From Rebecca billardiae RCC1528 (taxonomy: Eukaryota; Protista; Haptophyta): a stretch of 64,000 nt of DNA. The stretch's first letter is position 1, and the number at the start of each line of letters is the position of its first letter. The notes under the pieces were generated by a model. That model ran no database searches. It was not told the DNA's origin and saw only the letters and a program-made list of their open reading frames with translations. The stretch spans positions 310,001 through 374,000 of the forward strand of contig OZ251254.1 in NCBI GenBank assembly GCA_965240325.2, in the 5' to 3' direction. A program made the translations under genes and the position numbers. This document shows, piece by piece, positions 23,301-34,356 of the stretch.

Positions 23301-24624
23301 CAGTCGCCAGACTCTGCGGCGCGTGCGCGGCGGCGCGCTCGGCCGCGCCGCCGCCGCCGCCCGCCGCGCCCGCCGCTGCGCCGCCGGCCGTTGGCGCCGC
23401 CGGCAGCAGCGCGCGAACGCGCGCCGGAAGAGTCGCGTACGTCTCCGGCGGCGGCGCCGGCAGCGCCGCGCCGGACGTCGCGCACGCCGCGCCGCCGCCA
23501 TCGCCGCCCGCGAGCTGCGCGTGCCGCGCGGCGGCGTGCTCGGCGGCGAGCGCGCGCGCCGCGTGGAAGGCGCACCCGATGCCGTCGCCGCCTCGCGCCG
23601 CGAGCACGCTCAGAAGCGAGTGCGGCGCGGCGTCGCGCGGCGCGGCGAGCGCCGCGCGCGTCGCGAGCGCGTGCGCGCGCGCGGACAGCGCCGCCGCCGC
23701 CGCCGCGCGTTCGCCGCCGCCGTGCGCGCGCGCCGCCGCCGCCCCCACCGTGAACGCGCCGCCGCGCGGCAGCCAAGCTCCGGGCATGCGCTTTCGGTCC
23801 GCCGCCGAGGGCGCGCCGCCGGCGGCGGCGGCGTCGACGGCGGCGGCGGCGGCGAGGACCTCGCTCGCGCCGTGGCGCGACGCCACGCGCGTCACGACCG
23901 CCGCCGCGCCCGCGCCACCGCCGCCCTGCGCCGCGCCGCCGCCGTGCGCGCCGTGCGCGGCGGCGGCGACGCCACCTGCGGCTGCGCTGCCGCGCGCCGC
24001 GGCCGTCGTCGCGCGCAGCAGCTCAGCAAGCGCGAGCGCGAGCGTGGAGTGCAGCGCGCACTCCGCCTCCCACGCCGCGGCGTGCACGCGGCGCGCGCCA
24101 CCCGGCGTGCCGCCGCCTGCGCCGATGCCTGCGCCGTCTACCGCCGCTGCGCTTGCGTTGGCCGCAGCCGCGGCCGCGGCCGCCGCCGCACGCGCCGGCT
24201 GCGCCGGCGCCGGCGGTGGGGGCGCGGATGCGAAGGCCGCTCGCAGCAGCGCGGCGCGCAGGCCGTCGAAGTAGTGGGCGCTGTCGTCGAGCGCGTCGGC
24301 GAGCTGCGCGCGCTCCGCCACGCGCTCCGCCGCCGCCGCACCGCCACCGCCGTCGCCACCGCCGCCGCCGCCGCCGCCGCCCGCCGCCGCCGCCGCCGCC
24401 GCGCCGCCGCCGCCGCCGCGCCGCCGCCTGCCCATAGCGGCAAGCCACCGCCGATGGAGCGCCCACAAGCGCATGTCAACGCCGCCCTCGCGTGCGCGCG
24501 CGGGCGAGCGCAGGCACGCCGCGCCGAGCACCGCGCGCGCGTGCTCGAGCGCGTGCGTGGCCACGACGAGCGGCGGCGGCGCCGCGTCGTCGTCGTCGTC
24601 GCCGTCGCCACTGCCGCCGCCGAC

Positions 24625-24661
<37 letters not shown>

Positions 24662-25389
24662 CCAGCTGCCCCCGTCGGCGCGGCCGCCAGCGCGTCCAGC
24701 GCGTCCTCGGCGCGCGCGGCCGCCGCGAGCGCGACGCCGACGCCGCCATCCGCCAGCGGCCGCGCGGCGGCTGCGATCGCCGCCTCGACCGCGCGGTGCA
24801 CCGGCGCCGCGCCGCCCGGCGCCGCGCCCGCCGCCGCCGCAGTCGGTCGGGGGCTGCCGTCGGCCGCGAGGCCGGAGGGCGCGCCGCCGGCTGACGGCGG
24901 CGCGCCGAAGAGCCCGGACGTGGTCAGCGACGAGGTGGGCTCGGGAGCCGCGCCCGGCGCGAGCCGTTGCCCGCGCCCGGCGCCGTCGTCGTCGATCGCG
25001 GCGCGCGCAACCGCCACCGCCACGTCCACAGCGGCTGCGGCCGAGTCCACGCCGCCACAGCTGGAGGTGGCGCCAGCGCAGTGCGCGGCGGCGGCTCGGG
25101 AAGGAGCGCGTGCGCGAGCACTCGATGGTCTGCTGCGCGCGTGCGCCACGCCGCGCCCCGGGCCGCCGTCGCCGATGCCGGCGCAGCCGGCGCCAGCCGC
25201 GGCGGCGGTGGAAGCTGCGCCGCTCTGCCCGCCTGCGGCCGCACCCGCCTTGCGCCCGAGCTGCGCACGAAGGCGCGCGACCTCCGCGGCCATGGCGGCC
25301 TCGTGCTCACGCTGCGCGCGAAGCTCGCGCTCGAGCTGCTCGCGCCGCGCCGCCTCGGCCGCCTCGGGGTCCACGCCCCACGCGCGCAT
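20311..25389 (-). CDS. Large Ala/Gly-rich protein with C-terminal Zc3h12a/Regnase-like NYN (PIN) ribonuclease domain
   Basis: C-terminus IVVDAANVAMRHG...FSCRGIELALAHYERRGH...YDDSYALQYA...ILSNDRYADF...LVPNP. First ATG at 25389. In-frame introns are not excluded. Confidence 0.85.
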
Positions 25390-25803
25390 AGCGCCGCCCA
25401 CGCGCCCGGTCGGGGTGGCCAGTGCTGCCCGACGGAGCGCTGCCGCGATGGCCGATATATGATGCGGGGTTTTCTCCTTTCATTTCTTCGTCGCCTGTTG
25501 TTTTTTTCGTCGTTAGTTCGCCAATCTCCAGATTGAGATTGAAGCAGAAGATAGAGCGCTTGCTTCGTCGCGCCAATGATAAAGACATTATAAAGTTACG
25601 CAGCGGACGACTTCATCATTCTATGTAATTCCAAGCTGATATTCATCACGTCAACCGCTACTTGCACCGGCTCATATCCGCGCCTGAAGATGCGCACGCA
25701 CGGTGCGCACCCCTGCAGTGGGGAGCACGTTGACACGTCTTGATCAGCACCGACCAACCGGGACGCCGGCCGCTGATCCACACGTCGCACGCGGCGCGGC
25801 GCG

Positions 25804-27639
25804 ATGGAGGAGCCCTCGGCCGCGGCCGGCGCCAGCTCGCCGATGCTGCAGCCCTTCATCCGGGGCAGCCCGCGGCTGCCGCGCCACCCGGCGGCGCTCT
25901 CCAAGCAGGGCCGGCGCGCGAGCTTTGTCGAGCCGGCGACGCGCCGCTCAGGCCGCAAGCTGGGCATCCCGCTCGCGGCGCTCGCCATCTTCGGCATCTC
26001 GTGCGACGCGCTGCTGATCAAGCTGGCGGGCGACGCGGGCGCGTCGGCCGCGGTCGTGGTCATCGTCAAGTACGGCGCGATCACCTTCTTCATGGCGCTC
26101 ATCCTCGCCGCCATGCGCGTGATCGACGTCGTGCGGCCGCCCGCGAGCGGCCCGCTGCTCCAGAGGCCCACACCGCGCGGCGCGTGGTACATGTGCTACG
26201 CGTCGGTGCTGTGCACGCTCGAGAGCCTCAGCTACACCCTCGGCTTCGCGTACACGACCAGCGCCAACGTGCTCGCCTTCGCCGCGCTCGCGCCGATGTG
26301 GAGCGCGCTCTTCACCTGGTTCTATCTCTCGATCATCGTTCCTGCGCGCACGCGCGTCGCCGTCAGCGTCGGGCTGCTCGGCAGCGGGATCGTGGCGTAC
26401 GGCGTGCGCGACGAGTTCGGCGCGGGCGCCACGTTCGCCGCCACCTTCGGCATCGTCTGCGCCATCGGCGCCGGCGTCGTCGCCGCGGCCAACTTCACCG
26501 TGCACCAGGTGCGGCGCGCGGCGGGAGATCGCAATCTCCCTTGGCGGCGCAGCGGCGCTGTGCCGCGGCGGGAGATTGCAATCTCCCTTGGCGGCGCAGC
26601 GGCGCGCTGCGGCGTCGCACGCCCGCGGCGTATCTTCACGCCCGCCTGCGCGCCATTCCGTGCGCGCGCACGCCTACCCACGCGCTGACGCGCATGCCCT
26701 TCCTGCGCCCACCGCGCGCGCGCGTCGGCGCGCGCCGCGCCGCAGGCTGCGTCGATCACGGCGCCGACCGCGCCGATGATGATCTGCAAGCTGATTGGCG
26801 GGTTCCTCTCGTTCGCGTGCGGCTGGCTGCTGCTGCTCAGCCCCAGCCTGCACCCGCCGGGCGCGCCGCTCATGCCCGCCGAGCCGATCGCGCTGCTGTA
26901 CCTCGTCCTTAGCGGCACCTCCGCCTTCCTAGACGCACTGATCGTGATCGCTTGCCTGCTCGTCTCCGCGACCGAGATCGCGCTCATCATGCAGATTGAG
27001 GCGTTCATCAGCCCGATGCTCACCTTCCTCGTGCTCGCCGAGGTGCCGTCGCTGTTCACGCTCGCGGGCGGGCTGCTGATCATCAGCGTCGTCGCGGTCA
27101 ACGAGGTGGCGGCCGTGGCGTATCCGGACGAGCGCGTGGCGGAGCGCATGCAGACGCTCAGCATGGTCGGGTTGCGCGAGTTCCTCGATCCGTCGATCGA
27201 GCTCGAGCCGCTCTCGTCGATGGGCTCGCTGCCCAAGCTGCCGCACGTGTCGCTCTCGATGCGCTCGCTGCCGGCCCTGCCGCACGTGCGCGGCCGCAGC
27301 AGCCGCGTCTCCGACCTGTCGAGCGTGGGCGAGGCCGAGCAGCAGCCCGCCCTTGCTGGAGATCGCAATCTCCCGGCCGCCCTCGGCGCGGGCAGCACGC
27401 GCACCACTGCGGTGTACGTGCCGGGGATGTCGCCCGAGCGCATCCAGGTGAAGGCGGCGGCGGAGCGCGGCGCGGGGCGCGAGGGCGCCCAACCGGCATC
27501 GGCCCCGTCGGCCGCGCCCGACGCCGCGGACAGGGCCGCAGCAGCCGGACCCTCAGAAGCGGAGCTTGCTCGAGTTGCTCGGCGCGACGACGACAGCGGC
27601 GGTAGTCGTCAGCGGCTGCCATCGGACTTGGCTGCTTAG
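25804..27639 (+). CDS. EamA/DMT-family transporter, 2 exons
   Basis: Exons 25804-26508 and 26746-27639. About 10 TM segments; FAYTTSANVLAFAALAPMWSALFTW; VSATEIALIMQIEAFISPMLTFLVLAEVP...LAGGLLII. Confidence 0.88.
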
Positions 27640-27787
27640 GTCTCATCGGCAGTCATCATGTAGTATATAGTAGTGAAGTAGCGCATCAGCATATATATGT
27701 ATATGTATGTTGGTCGCGTCATCATAGCGCACAGCGCAGGTGAGCAGCAGTCACTCAGTCAGACTACGACTTGAATCCGCGGCCGTC

Positions 27788-29862
27788 TCAGAGCATCGGC
27801 GTAGTGACAGAGGCCGCCGCGCCGACTGCGCGCCGCTCCAGACGCTCGTCCACGACCCGCCACGGCGCCAGCATAGTCGCCGCCGGTGGACCGTGCTCAG
27901 CAGCAGCAGGCTGCATTCCACCCGTATTCCGCATGCACCCCCGACCGACGCGGCCCACCACGGCACCGACGGCCCGTGCACGGCGCGCTCGCGCCGCCCT
28001 CAGCAGCGCGCCGCTGCCCAGCAGGGCAGCTGCCGCCAGCGCCGCGAGCGCGCCTCCAGCCACGTGCCGCCATAGTGTGCCGGCACGACTCGACGGCGCA
28101 GTCCCCAGCGCCGCGGCGCCACGCTCAGCCAGCGCCGCCGCAGGCGTGCGCGCGGGCCCGCGCGCGTCCTCGCCGTTCTCCCAAGCTGACCAGCGCACCA
28201 CCGCGCTCGCAGGCCGCCACTGCGCGTGGGGTGCAGCCGGCGCGGCGGCACCCCACGTGCCTGCGCCGCCGGGGCCTGGGCCCGCCGCGGCCGGTGGCGG
28301 CGTGAGCGGCGGCGCGGGCGTCTCCCAGCCATCCCCGGGCGCATCAGCGCCCCCGGGCCCGCCGCCCCGGTCGCCAGAGCGACGAAACTCGTCAGGGGGA
28401 CTGCCGCCCCCGGACTCTCCACCGGACTCTCCACCGGACTCTCCACCGGACTTTCCGAGCAGAGCCTCGGTACTCAGCGCGTACTGGGGCGGCATCCGGT
28501 GGGCGGCGAAGAAGGCAAAGGACAGCCTCGTCGCGTCGAGGCCCGTGTAGCTCGGCCCGACTCTCCTCGTGTTGAACTTGAGCCCGGAGCCGGGCCAGAC
28601 GTGGCCCATGCCCTGCGTCACGTACAAGAACACATCGGCCCCCGCGGCGCAGCCGGTCGCGCGTATGAGGGTGGTGCGGCCGTCGAGCGCTATGGTGCGG
28701 TTGGCGCGGCAGCGGTTGTACGTCGCCCAGCCGTTGAACGCGTCGGGCACGCTCGTCTGCCAGTACGCCTCGCCGCCGCCATGGAACGGGTTGATCGGGT
28801 CGGCTGGTGATGTCCGCACGAATGTAATCGAAGGCGTCCCCAAACGTGCGGAATGAGGAAAATAATGACGGAGGAATTCATGAAGCCATCAGCAGAGGGC
28901 GAGAGCACACGCGCGCGCACGCACGCACGGTCAGCGGCGCAGTGGGCACCCCCCGGCCACGGGCGCGCGCACGCACGCGCGCGCAGCGGCACGGCCGAGC
29001 ACACACGCGCGCTCGCCCGCCCGCAAGGCCGCCGCCGCCGCGCCGCCGCCCACGCACCGGACCCGTGGAAGGCGACCACCGGAATCGGCCGCGTCGAGTT
29101 GTTGGGGCGCGGGTACCGCAGAGAGGCGATCGGCGCGATCGCGGCGACGAGGTCGGGGGCCTGCGAGGCGAGCCGCGCGCAGAAGCGGCCGCCGCGGGAG
29201 TACCCCGCGCAGAAGATCGAGCGCGGGTCGACGCACGCGCGCGACGCCACGTAACGCAGCACAGCCACGGCGTAACCGACATCGTCCGGCCGGCCCGCGG
29301 ACGCGCGGCAGTCGCGCGCGACGTTGAACGCGTCGTCGACGCCGCTGAGGACGACGCCGAGCACGCCGGCGTCGTCGGCGAAGCTCACCGCCCGCGGCAC
29401 GACCATCCCCATCGGGTCGCGCCCCGTGTCCGGCCCGATCACCACGAGTGGCAGCGGCTGGCGCGTGCCAGAGTGCCGGCGCGCCGCCGCGGCCGACGGG
29501 ACGAGGAGGAGGAAGCGGCGCTCGAGCGGCGGCGGCTTCGCACGGAGGCTGCCGTTGGAGGGCTGTTCGAAGAGCTGCTCGTACTTGGAGATCGGCTTGC
29601 AGTCGCCCGCGCCCATCCGCTTGGGCGTCCACGCGCGCGTCTCGTCGTTCACCCAGCCTCTGCATTCAAACAGACCGGGGTCGATGCCGTGCGCCGGGCA
29701 CGCGCTCGTGACGGGCGCGACGGCGGCGAGGAGCGATGGCGCGTGGCGGACGTGGTGGTGTCGGGCGAGCGCGCTTTGCGCGCACGCGAGCACGAGCGCG
29801 AGCGAGGCCGCGGCCGCGCGCATGGCCGCGCGGACGGCCGGCCGAGCCGCGGACCCCATCAT
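27788..29862 (-). CDS. Secreted/membrane-anchored alpha/beta hydrolase (PHB depolymerase / LpqC / feruloyl-esterase-like), 2 exons
   Basis: Intron 28804-29057 restores FHGS|ADPINP. Signal peptide; PDDVGY; VDPRSIFCAGYSRGG nucleophile; GMGHVWPG; C-terminal TM. Confidence 0.88.
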
Positions 29863-31446
29863 CGGTGCGTCCCGGTGCGGGCGAGCGGTGCATCGGTGAT
29901 CCCACTGGGCGCAGGAATTTCGGGTGGGGATTTTCTTTTCCGAATATGTTGGTGATGCCGTCAGAGCACCACCCCTGAGACCTCTGCCGCTGGCGGCTGC
30001 GCTGAAGCGCGCTGGGCGGCGCCGGAGGGCGATACGGGCGCCGACTGCGCGCACTCCTCCGGTAGCTGCGTGACAGCGAAGGCGGTGCGCGTGGTTGAGC
30101 GCGGCTGAAAAGCAGCCATTTGCGTCGTTCCGCCGCGCGCCGTTCGGAGTCACTGCATCCGCCGCGCCTCAGGCCATCGCGTGCGCCGCAACAACAAGGA
30201 AGTCGTGTGCATTCCTCAGCTGACTGCACGCGTGCCGCGAGCAGCGGCGTCGGCGTCCGGCACTTGGTTGCACTGGGCAATGCCCAGGTAGTTTGTGCAC
30301 GCGTCATCGCTCGTCACAGTACGCTGCCTGGCATGCGCATCTGCACGGGTCACACAGCTGTCAAAACTGGCACGATCGAGCATCACGCAGCTGTCGGCAT
30401 CGACCTACGGCAAGGGTCGTGTGAGCATGGAAAGCACTGACATGCGCCCTGCTGGATAGTGATGTAGTGAGCACATTTCCGCGTGAAAGGAGCGCGTGCC
30501 ATTCAGGCCCCGGAAGCGGCGTCGGGGCTGGATGCTCACGTCTTGGGCAGGCTGATGCTGCCTTCCGGCTGCATGGGTGCGTCCATCAAGGCTGACCGTG
30601 CGTGCGTGATGCGCACCGTGAAGTTCGACACGAACGTCCAGGCGTGAGCTACTGCTTGACGAGGCAGTGTACACACATTCATGCACGCGCCGTGTCATCC
30701 GAGGAGGCACATCCATGCAGGCCATGGGCCTCGTTCAGGTATGTTCTGCATCAGCGCGCATGCATGTACGTACTACCTCGGGCCAAGATTGACGTCGGAG
30801 CACAAGTCAGGGAGGTCAATGCCGGGGCAGAGCTGGACAGCAGGCACGTGTGCGGGCACTCCGCGCGAGCGCACATGCTGCGCGTCACCGCAGATCAGCA
30901 TGGCGTGCGCTGCAACGTCGTCGCCGGGCTAGAGCGCTTGTTCGACCAATCGAATCGTATGAAGGATGCAATCAGCACACCTGAACGCAGCTGTTCGCGG
31001 ACCCGCGCTCATGCGCGGCGGCGCAAGGCAGCGCCGTGCGTACAGTGTAGGCCTCGCCACGCGGAAGCGCACGCTCCGTGTTTGTCTCGCCTCGAATGGC
31101 GCACGCGGGGGAGGCTGGCCGTGTGGCGGTGTGCACAGACATGCCGTGGCCCGAGGCAAGTACAGCCGAATGCGATGCGCGGCGCGAAGCGGCGCATGGC
31201 ACTTCAGCACGACTGCCCAGCTTAGCTCGCCGGCTCTGCGCTCGCGGGATCGTCCACACGCTCGGGAGCGCGGCGCCGTCGCCCGCTCGCCCGAGACGCA
31301 CGCGGCCGCCGCGAAGCGCGCGGCTGAATAAATGAAAAGCGGAAATAAAAAGCGCGCCGATTTTCTCCGACCCTGGGTGCCGTGTCCCCAGTGGCTGCCA
31401 CTGCCGGGGAAATCACTCTCATCGCTGCTTGGCTGCCCAAGTGACA

Positions 31447-32004
31447 ATGATGACGCGGCGGAGGAATCTCCGCTTCGCGCTGCTCGCGCTCGCGCTCACC
31501 GCGGCGGCAGAGGCCAGCCGTTTGCACACGCCGAGTCGCTCGGCGCTGCACGCATCGGCCGTGCGCACCCCTCTGCGCCGCGCCGCCGTCGTCGCCGCCG
31601 ACGACGGCGGCGACGTGCCGGGTCGCGCGAGCTTTGCCTCGCTCGACGGGCGGCGCACGGCGGCCTACCTGGCCGCCGAGGTGAAGGAGTACCTCGACCG
31701 CGAGTGGATGGTGCAGGATTGCCACGCGGCGATCGCCGACGTGTGCGCGCAGACCTTCTCCGCCGCGCACGCCTCGGGCGAGGGCCTGGACGCCTCCTCC
31801 ATGCTCATGCGCATCGCGGACGCGCTTCTTACCCCCGAGGACCCCATGCTCTTCGACGAAGCCTTCGTCGGGCCGTTCGACGTGGCGAACCTGTGCTCCG
31901 ACCTGCTGATGCACCGCGTCGGCGCCGGCGCGGACTGCGCGTGCAACGTCGCGCCCACCGGCGTGGGGGACGTCGCCGCTGCGGCGATCGTCGACGACGA
32001 CTGA
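31447..32004 (+). CDS. Conserved hypothetical protein, probably plastid-targeted
   Basis: Signal peptide plus Ser/Arg-rich transit-like segment. Core YLDREWMVQDCHAAIA...FDEAFVGPFDVANLCSDLL resembles an uncharacterised cyanobacterial/plant family (from memory). Confidence 0.75.
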   Translation: MMTRRRNLRFALLALALTAAAEASRLHTPSRSALHASAVRTPLRRAAVVAADDGGDVPGRASFASLDGRRTAAYLAAEVKEYLDREWMVQDCHAAIADVCAQTFSAAHASGEGLDASSMLMRIADALLTPEDPMLFDEAFVGPFDVANLCSDLLMHRVGAGADCACNVAPTGVGDVAAAAIVDDD

Positions 32005-32577
32005 GTAGTGAGTTACCGCAGCTGTCTCAGATCGACATCAGTATCGTGCAAGTCAGAATGCAGTCGATCTCAGCAGAAGTGTCACTGCTGTCAGACGGGA
32101 CTCGGAGAGTCCGCGCGGCCGGGCGATGCTGTGAGCCCCAGTGCTTCGTAGTCTCAAATGACGGCTGCCAGTAGCAGTCGATCACGCGCACGACACTAAT
32201 AGCGGGCTCTGGCTCCGGTTGACCCCTGCCCCTGGGCGGCCCTGGCCCTGGGCCTGGCTCGTCCGCCCCCGACTGTCACGCCGCGCGGACCGGGACTGCC
32301 GGAGCACAACGTTGCCAACCGGGGGCGTATAACGTCGACGCCACGCCACGTAGTGCACGACGACGTCTCGCCCGGCCGCTGCTGGCACCGGGCCTGCCGA
32401 GGCCAGCCGCACAGCATGCTGGTTGCGGCTCACAAACTCTGAAACTCGCTGCCGAGTGCCGCTCCAGCGGCCCGCGCTGCGCGACCGGCCTGGCCCGCCG
32501 CGGCGGCGGTCGACGACGCCGATCAGCCGCACTGGCGGCGCGCGGCGCGGCGTGCATCTCTCTCGGATGCTCCGCCA

Positions 32578-34014
32578 TCAGATCGCCCCCGCGGCCTCTG
32601 CGCGCAGGATGCCCACGCGGAGCAGCGCGCGCGGGTCCTCGTCCTCAGCCGCAGCCCTACCCAGCAGGGCGGCGGCTGCGCGCGAGCGCTCGCGCCGCGC
32701 TCGCAGCGACCACGCGCCGGCCGCGCGCTTCGAGGCGGCGAGCGCGAGCGCGGCGAGCAGCATGCCCGCTGCGAACGCCACGCCCAGCGCGGCGCCCGAC
32801 CACGCCGCCGCCGCGCGCGCCGCGCCGCCCGGCCTTGCGGGCGCGGCGCGCGCGCGCGCCGCCAGCAGCAGCCAATCGTCGGAGCCCTCCGTGCCACCTG
32901 CCTCGTCCACGGTGCCGTTCGGTGGCACGTGCAGCAGGGTGAGCTTGGGGCGGTGCCCGCTCGGCCCGGTGGCCTTGAGCACGAGCGTGGACGGGCGGAT
33001 CAGCTCGGGCGCCTCGGCGCTCCACCGCCCCAGCCGCAGCGTGTACACGTGCCGAGGCCCCTCGGCGAGAACCTGCGCGTTGTAGATTTCGTCAATCGCG
33101 ACCTTGGCCGGCCGGAAGTCGAGCGAGAGCTCGGTGCCCTCGACCCACGGCGAGACCTCGACGGAGGCGGTGAAGCCCTGCGGGAAGGCGAAGCCCTCGT
33201 CGTACCGCAGCACCGTGTGCCCCGGCCCGCGCGGCTCGAGCGCGCCCGGCTGCAGCGCCGCGCAGCCGACGCTCATCTGCGGCGGCTGCGGTGTGCCATG
33301 GGCCATCCAAGTGAAGGAGTTGGGAGGCGTGCCCGCGGCGGAGTGCACGCTGCGGTTGTGCAGCACGACGATGTACGCCTGGCCCGACTTGCCCACGAGC
33401 ATGTCGAACGGCTTCACCTTGCTCCCGAACTCGTCGACCACGTCGCCGTTGAACAGGCGTTGGATCGCCACGTCGGTCCCGGTGTAGTTGAGCGCGACGA
33501 CCGCGCCGGGCGTCCAAGGCTCGACCTCGACCGAGCCCATGAAGCCGCCCATCGGCCCGGCGAACTTGGTCACCGTGACGTACGTGAGGTTCAGCGCCAC
33601 CACGCCCGTCGCGCTCGAGTTGTACGTGCCGAGCACGTGCTCCGAGAAGTTCTGCACCGGCGCGGCCGGCGGGACGAACGGCATGAATCCGGCGGGCGCG
33701 CCCGGCATGCCGCCGCCGGCGCCGCCGCCACCGCCGCCGGCGCCGCCGCCGGGCATCCACTTGGAGAAGGGGGAGTCCGCCGCGCCGCCCTTCTTCGCGC
33801 CGCCCTTCGCGCCCTCGCCGCCCTTCCCCTTGCCCTTGCCCTTGCCGCCGGGCATCCACTGAGCCCACGGCGACGCGGACGAATCGCCGCCGGTCGTGTC
33901 GCCGCCAGTTGCACCCGGCGGCCCGCCGCCGCCCTTGCCACCGGGCATGAAGTGGGCCCAGGGCGAGTCCGCGGCGAGCCCCGCGAGGATGAGCGCGCCG
34001 AGCGCCGCCACCAT
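32578..34014 (-). CDS. Type I cell-surface protein with Gly-rich repeats and a duplicated beta-rich domain
   Basis: 478-aa ORF with signal peptide; three SP(W/F)xx(F/W)MPGG repeats; two related units GFMGSVEVEPWTPGAVVALNY / GFTASVEVSPWVEGTELSLDF; C-terminal TM. Confidence 0.8.
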   Translation of the reverse strand: MVAALGALILAGLAADSPWAHFMPGGKGGGGPPGATGGDTTGGDSSASPWAQWMPGGKGKGKGKGGEGAKGGAKKGGAADSPFSKWMPGGGAGGGGGGAGGGMPGAPAGFMPFVPPAAPVQNFSEHVLGTYNSSATGVVALNLTYVTVTKFAGPMGGFMGSVEVEPWTPGAVVALNYTGTDVAIQRLFNGDVVDEFGSKVKPFDMLVGKSGQAYIVVLHNRSVHSAAGTPPNSFTWMAHGTPQPPQMSVGCAALQPGALEPRGPGHTVLRYDEGFAFPQGFTASVEVSPWVEGTELSLDFRPAKVAIDEIYNAQVLAEGPRHVYTLRLGRWSAEAPELIRPSTLVLKATGPSGHRPKLTLLHVPPNGTVDEAGGTEGSDDWLLLAARARAAPARPGGAARAAAAWSGAALGVAFAAGMLLAALALAASKRAAGAWSLRARRERSRAAAALLGRAAAEDEDPRALLRVGILRAEAAGAI

Positions 34015-34356
34015 CCGTGCGTGCGTGCGTGCGCGCTGAGGCAGGGATGTCGAGCGAAGACGTCTCCGGCCGACGCAAAAGCCGTTCGCTTCGGCGCGTG
34101 CAACAGCCGAAGGGAGTTGTTCGAAGGCGGAACAGCCGGTACTACTGTATGGGGGTAAAGTCGGTACAATTGACTACCGTACTTCAAGGTACAATACGCC
34201 TGTACACAAGCGTCGTCTGTTTCGCGTGAGCTTGGAAGCCGTTATCCCAAAGTATTGTCGTGGACGTGCCCTTTTGATTACGCAGGTCGCAGGCGTTCAG
34301 ACTTGACGCGCCCACGATGGCAGCGGCGCCCACGCGCTGAGCGCCCCACTCTCTCA

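Noticed and set aside
20741-25462. Long plus-strand ORFs (804, 523, 329 aa)
   Set aside because: Antisense shadows of the NYN gene caused by stop-codon scarcity at high GC.
30150-31320. Lower-GC stretch as a possible gene or transposon
   Set aside because: No recognisable motif, TIR or TSD found by eye; left unassigned.
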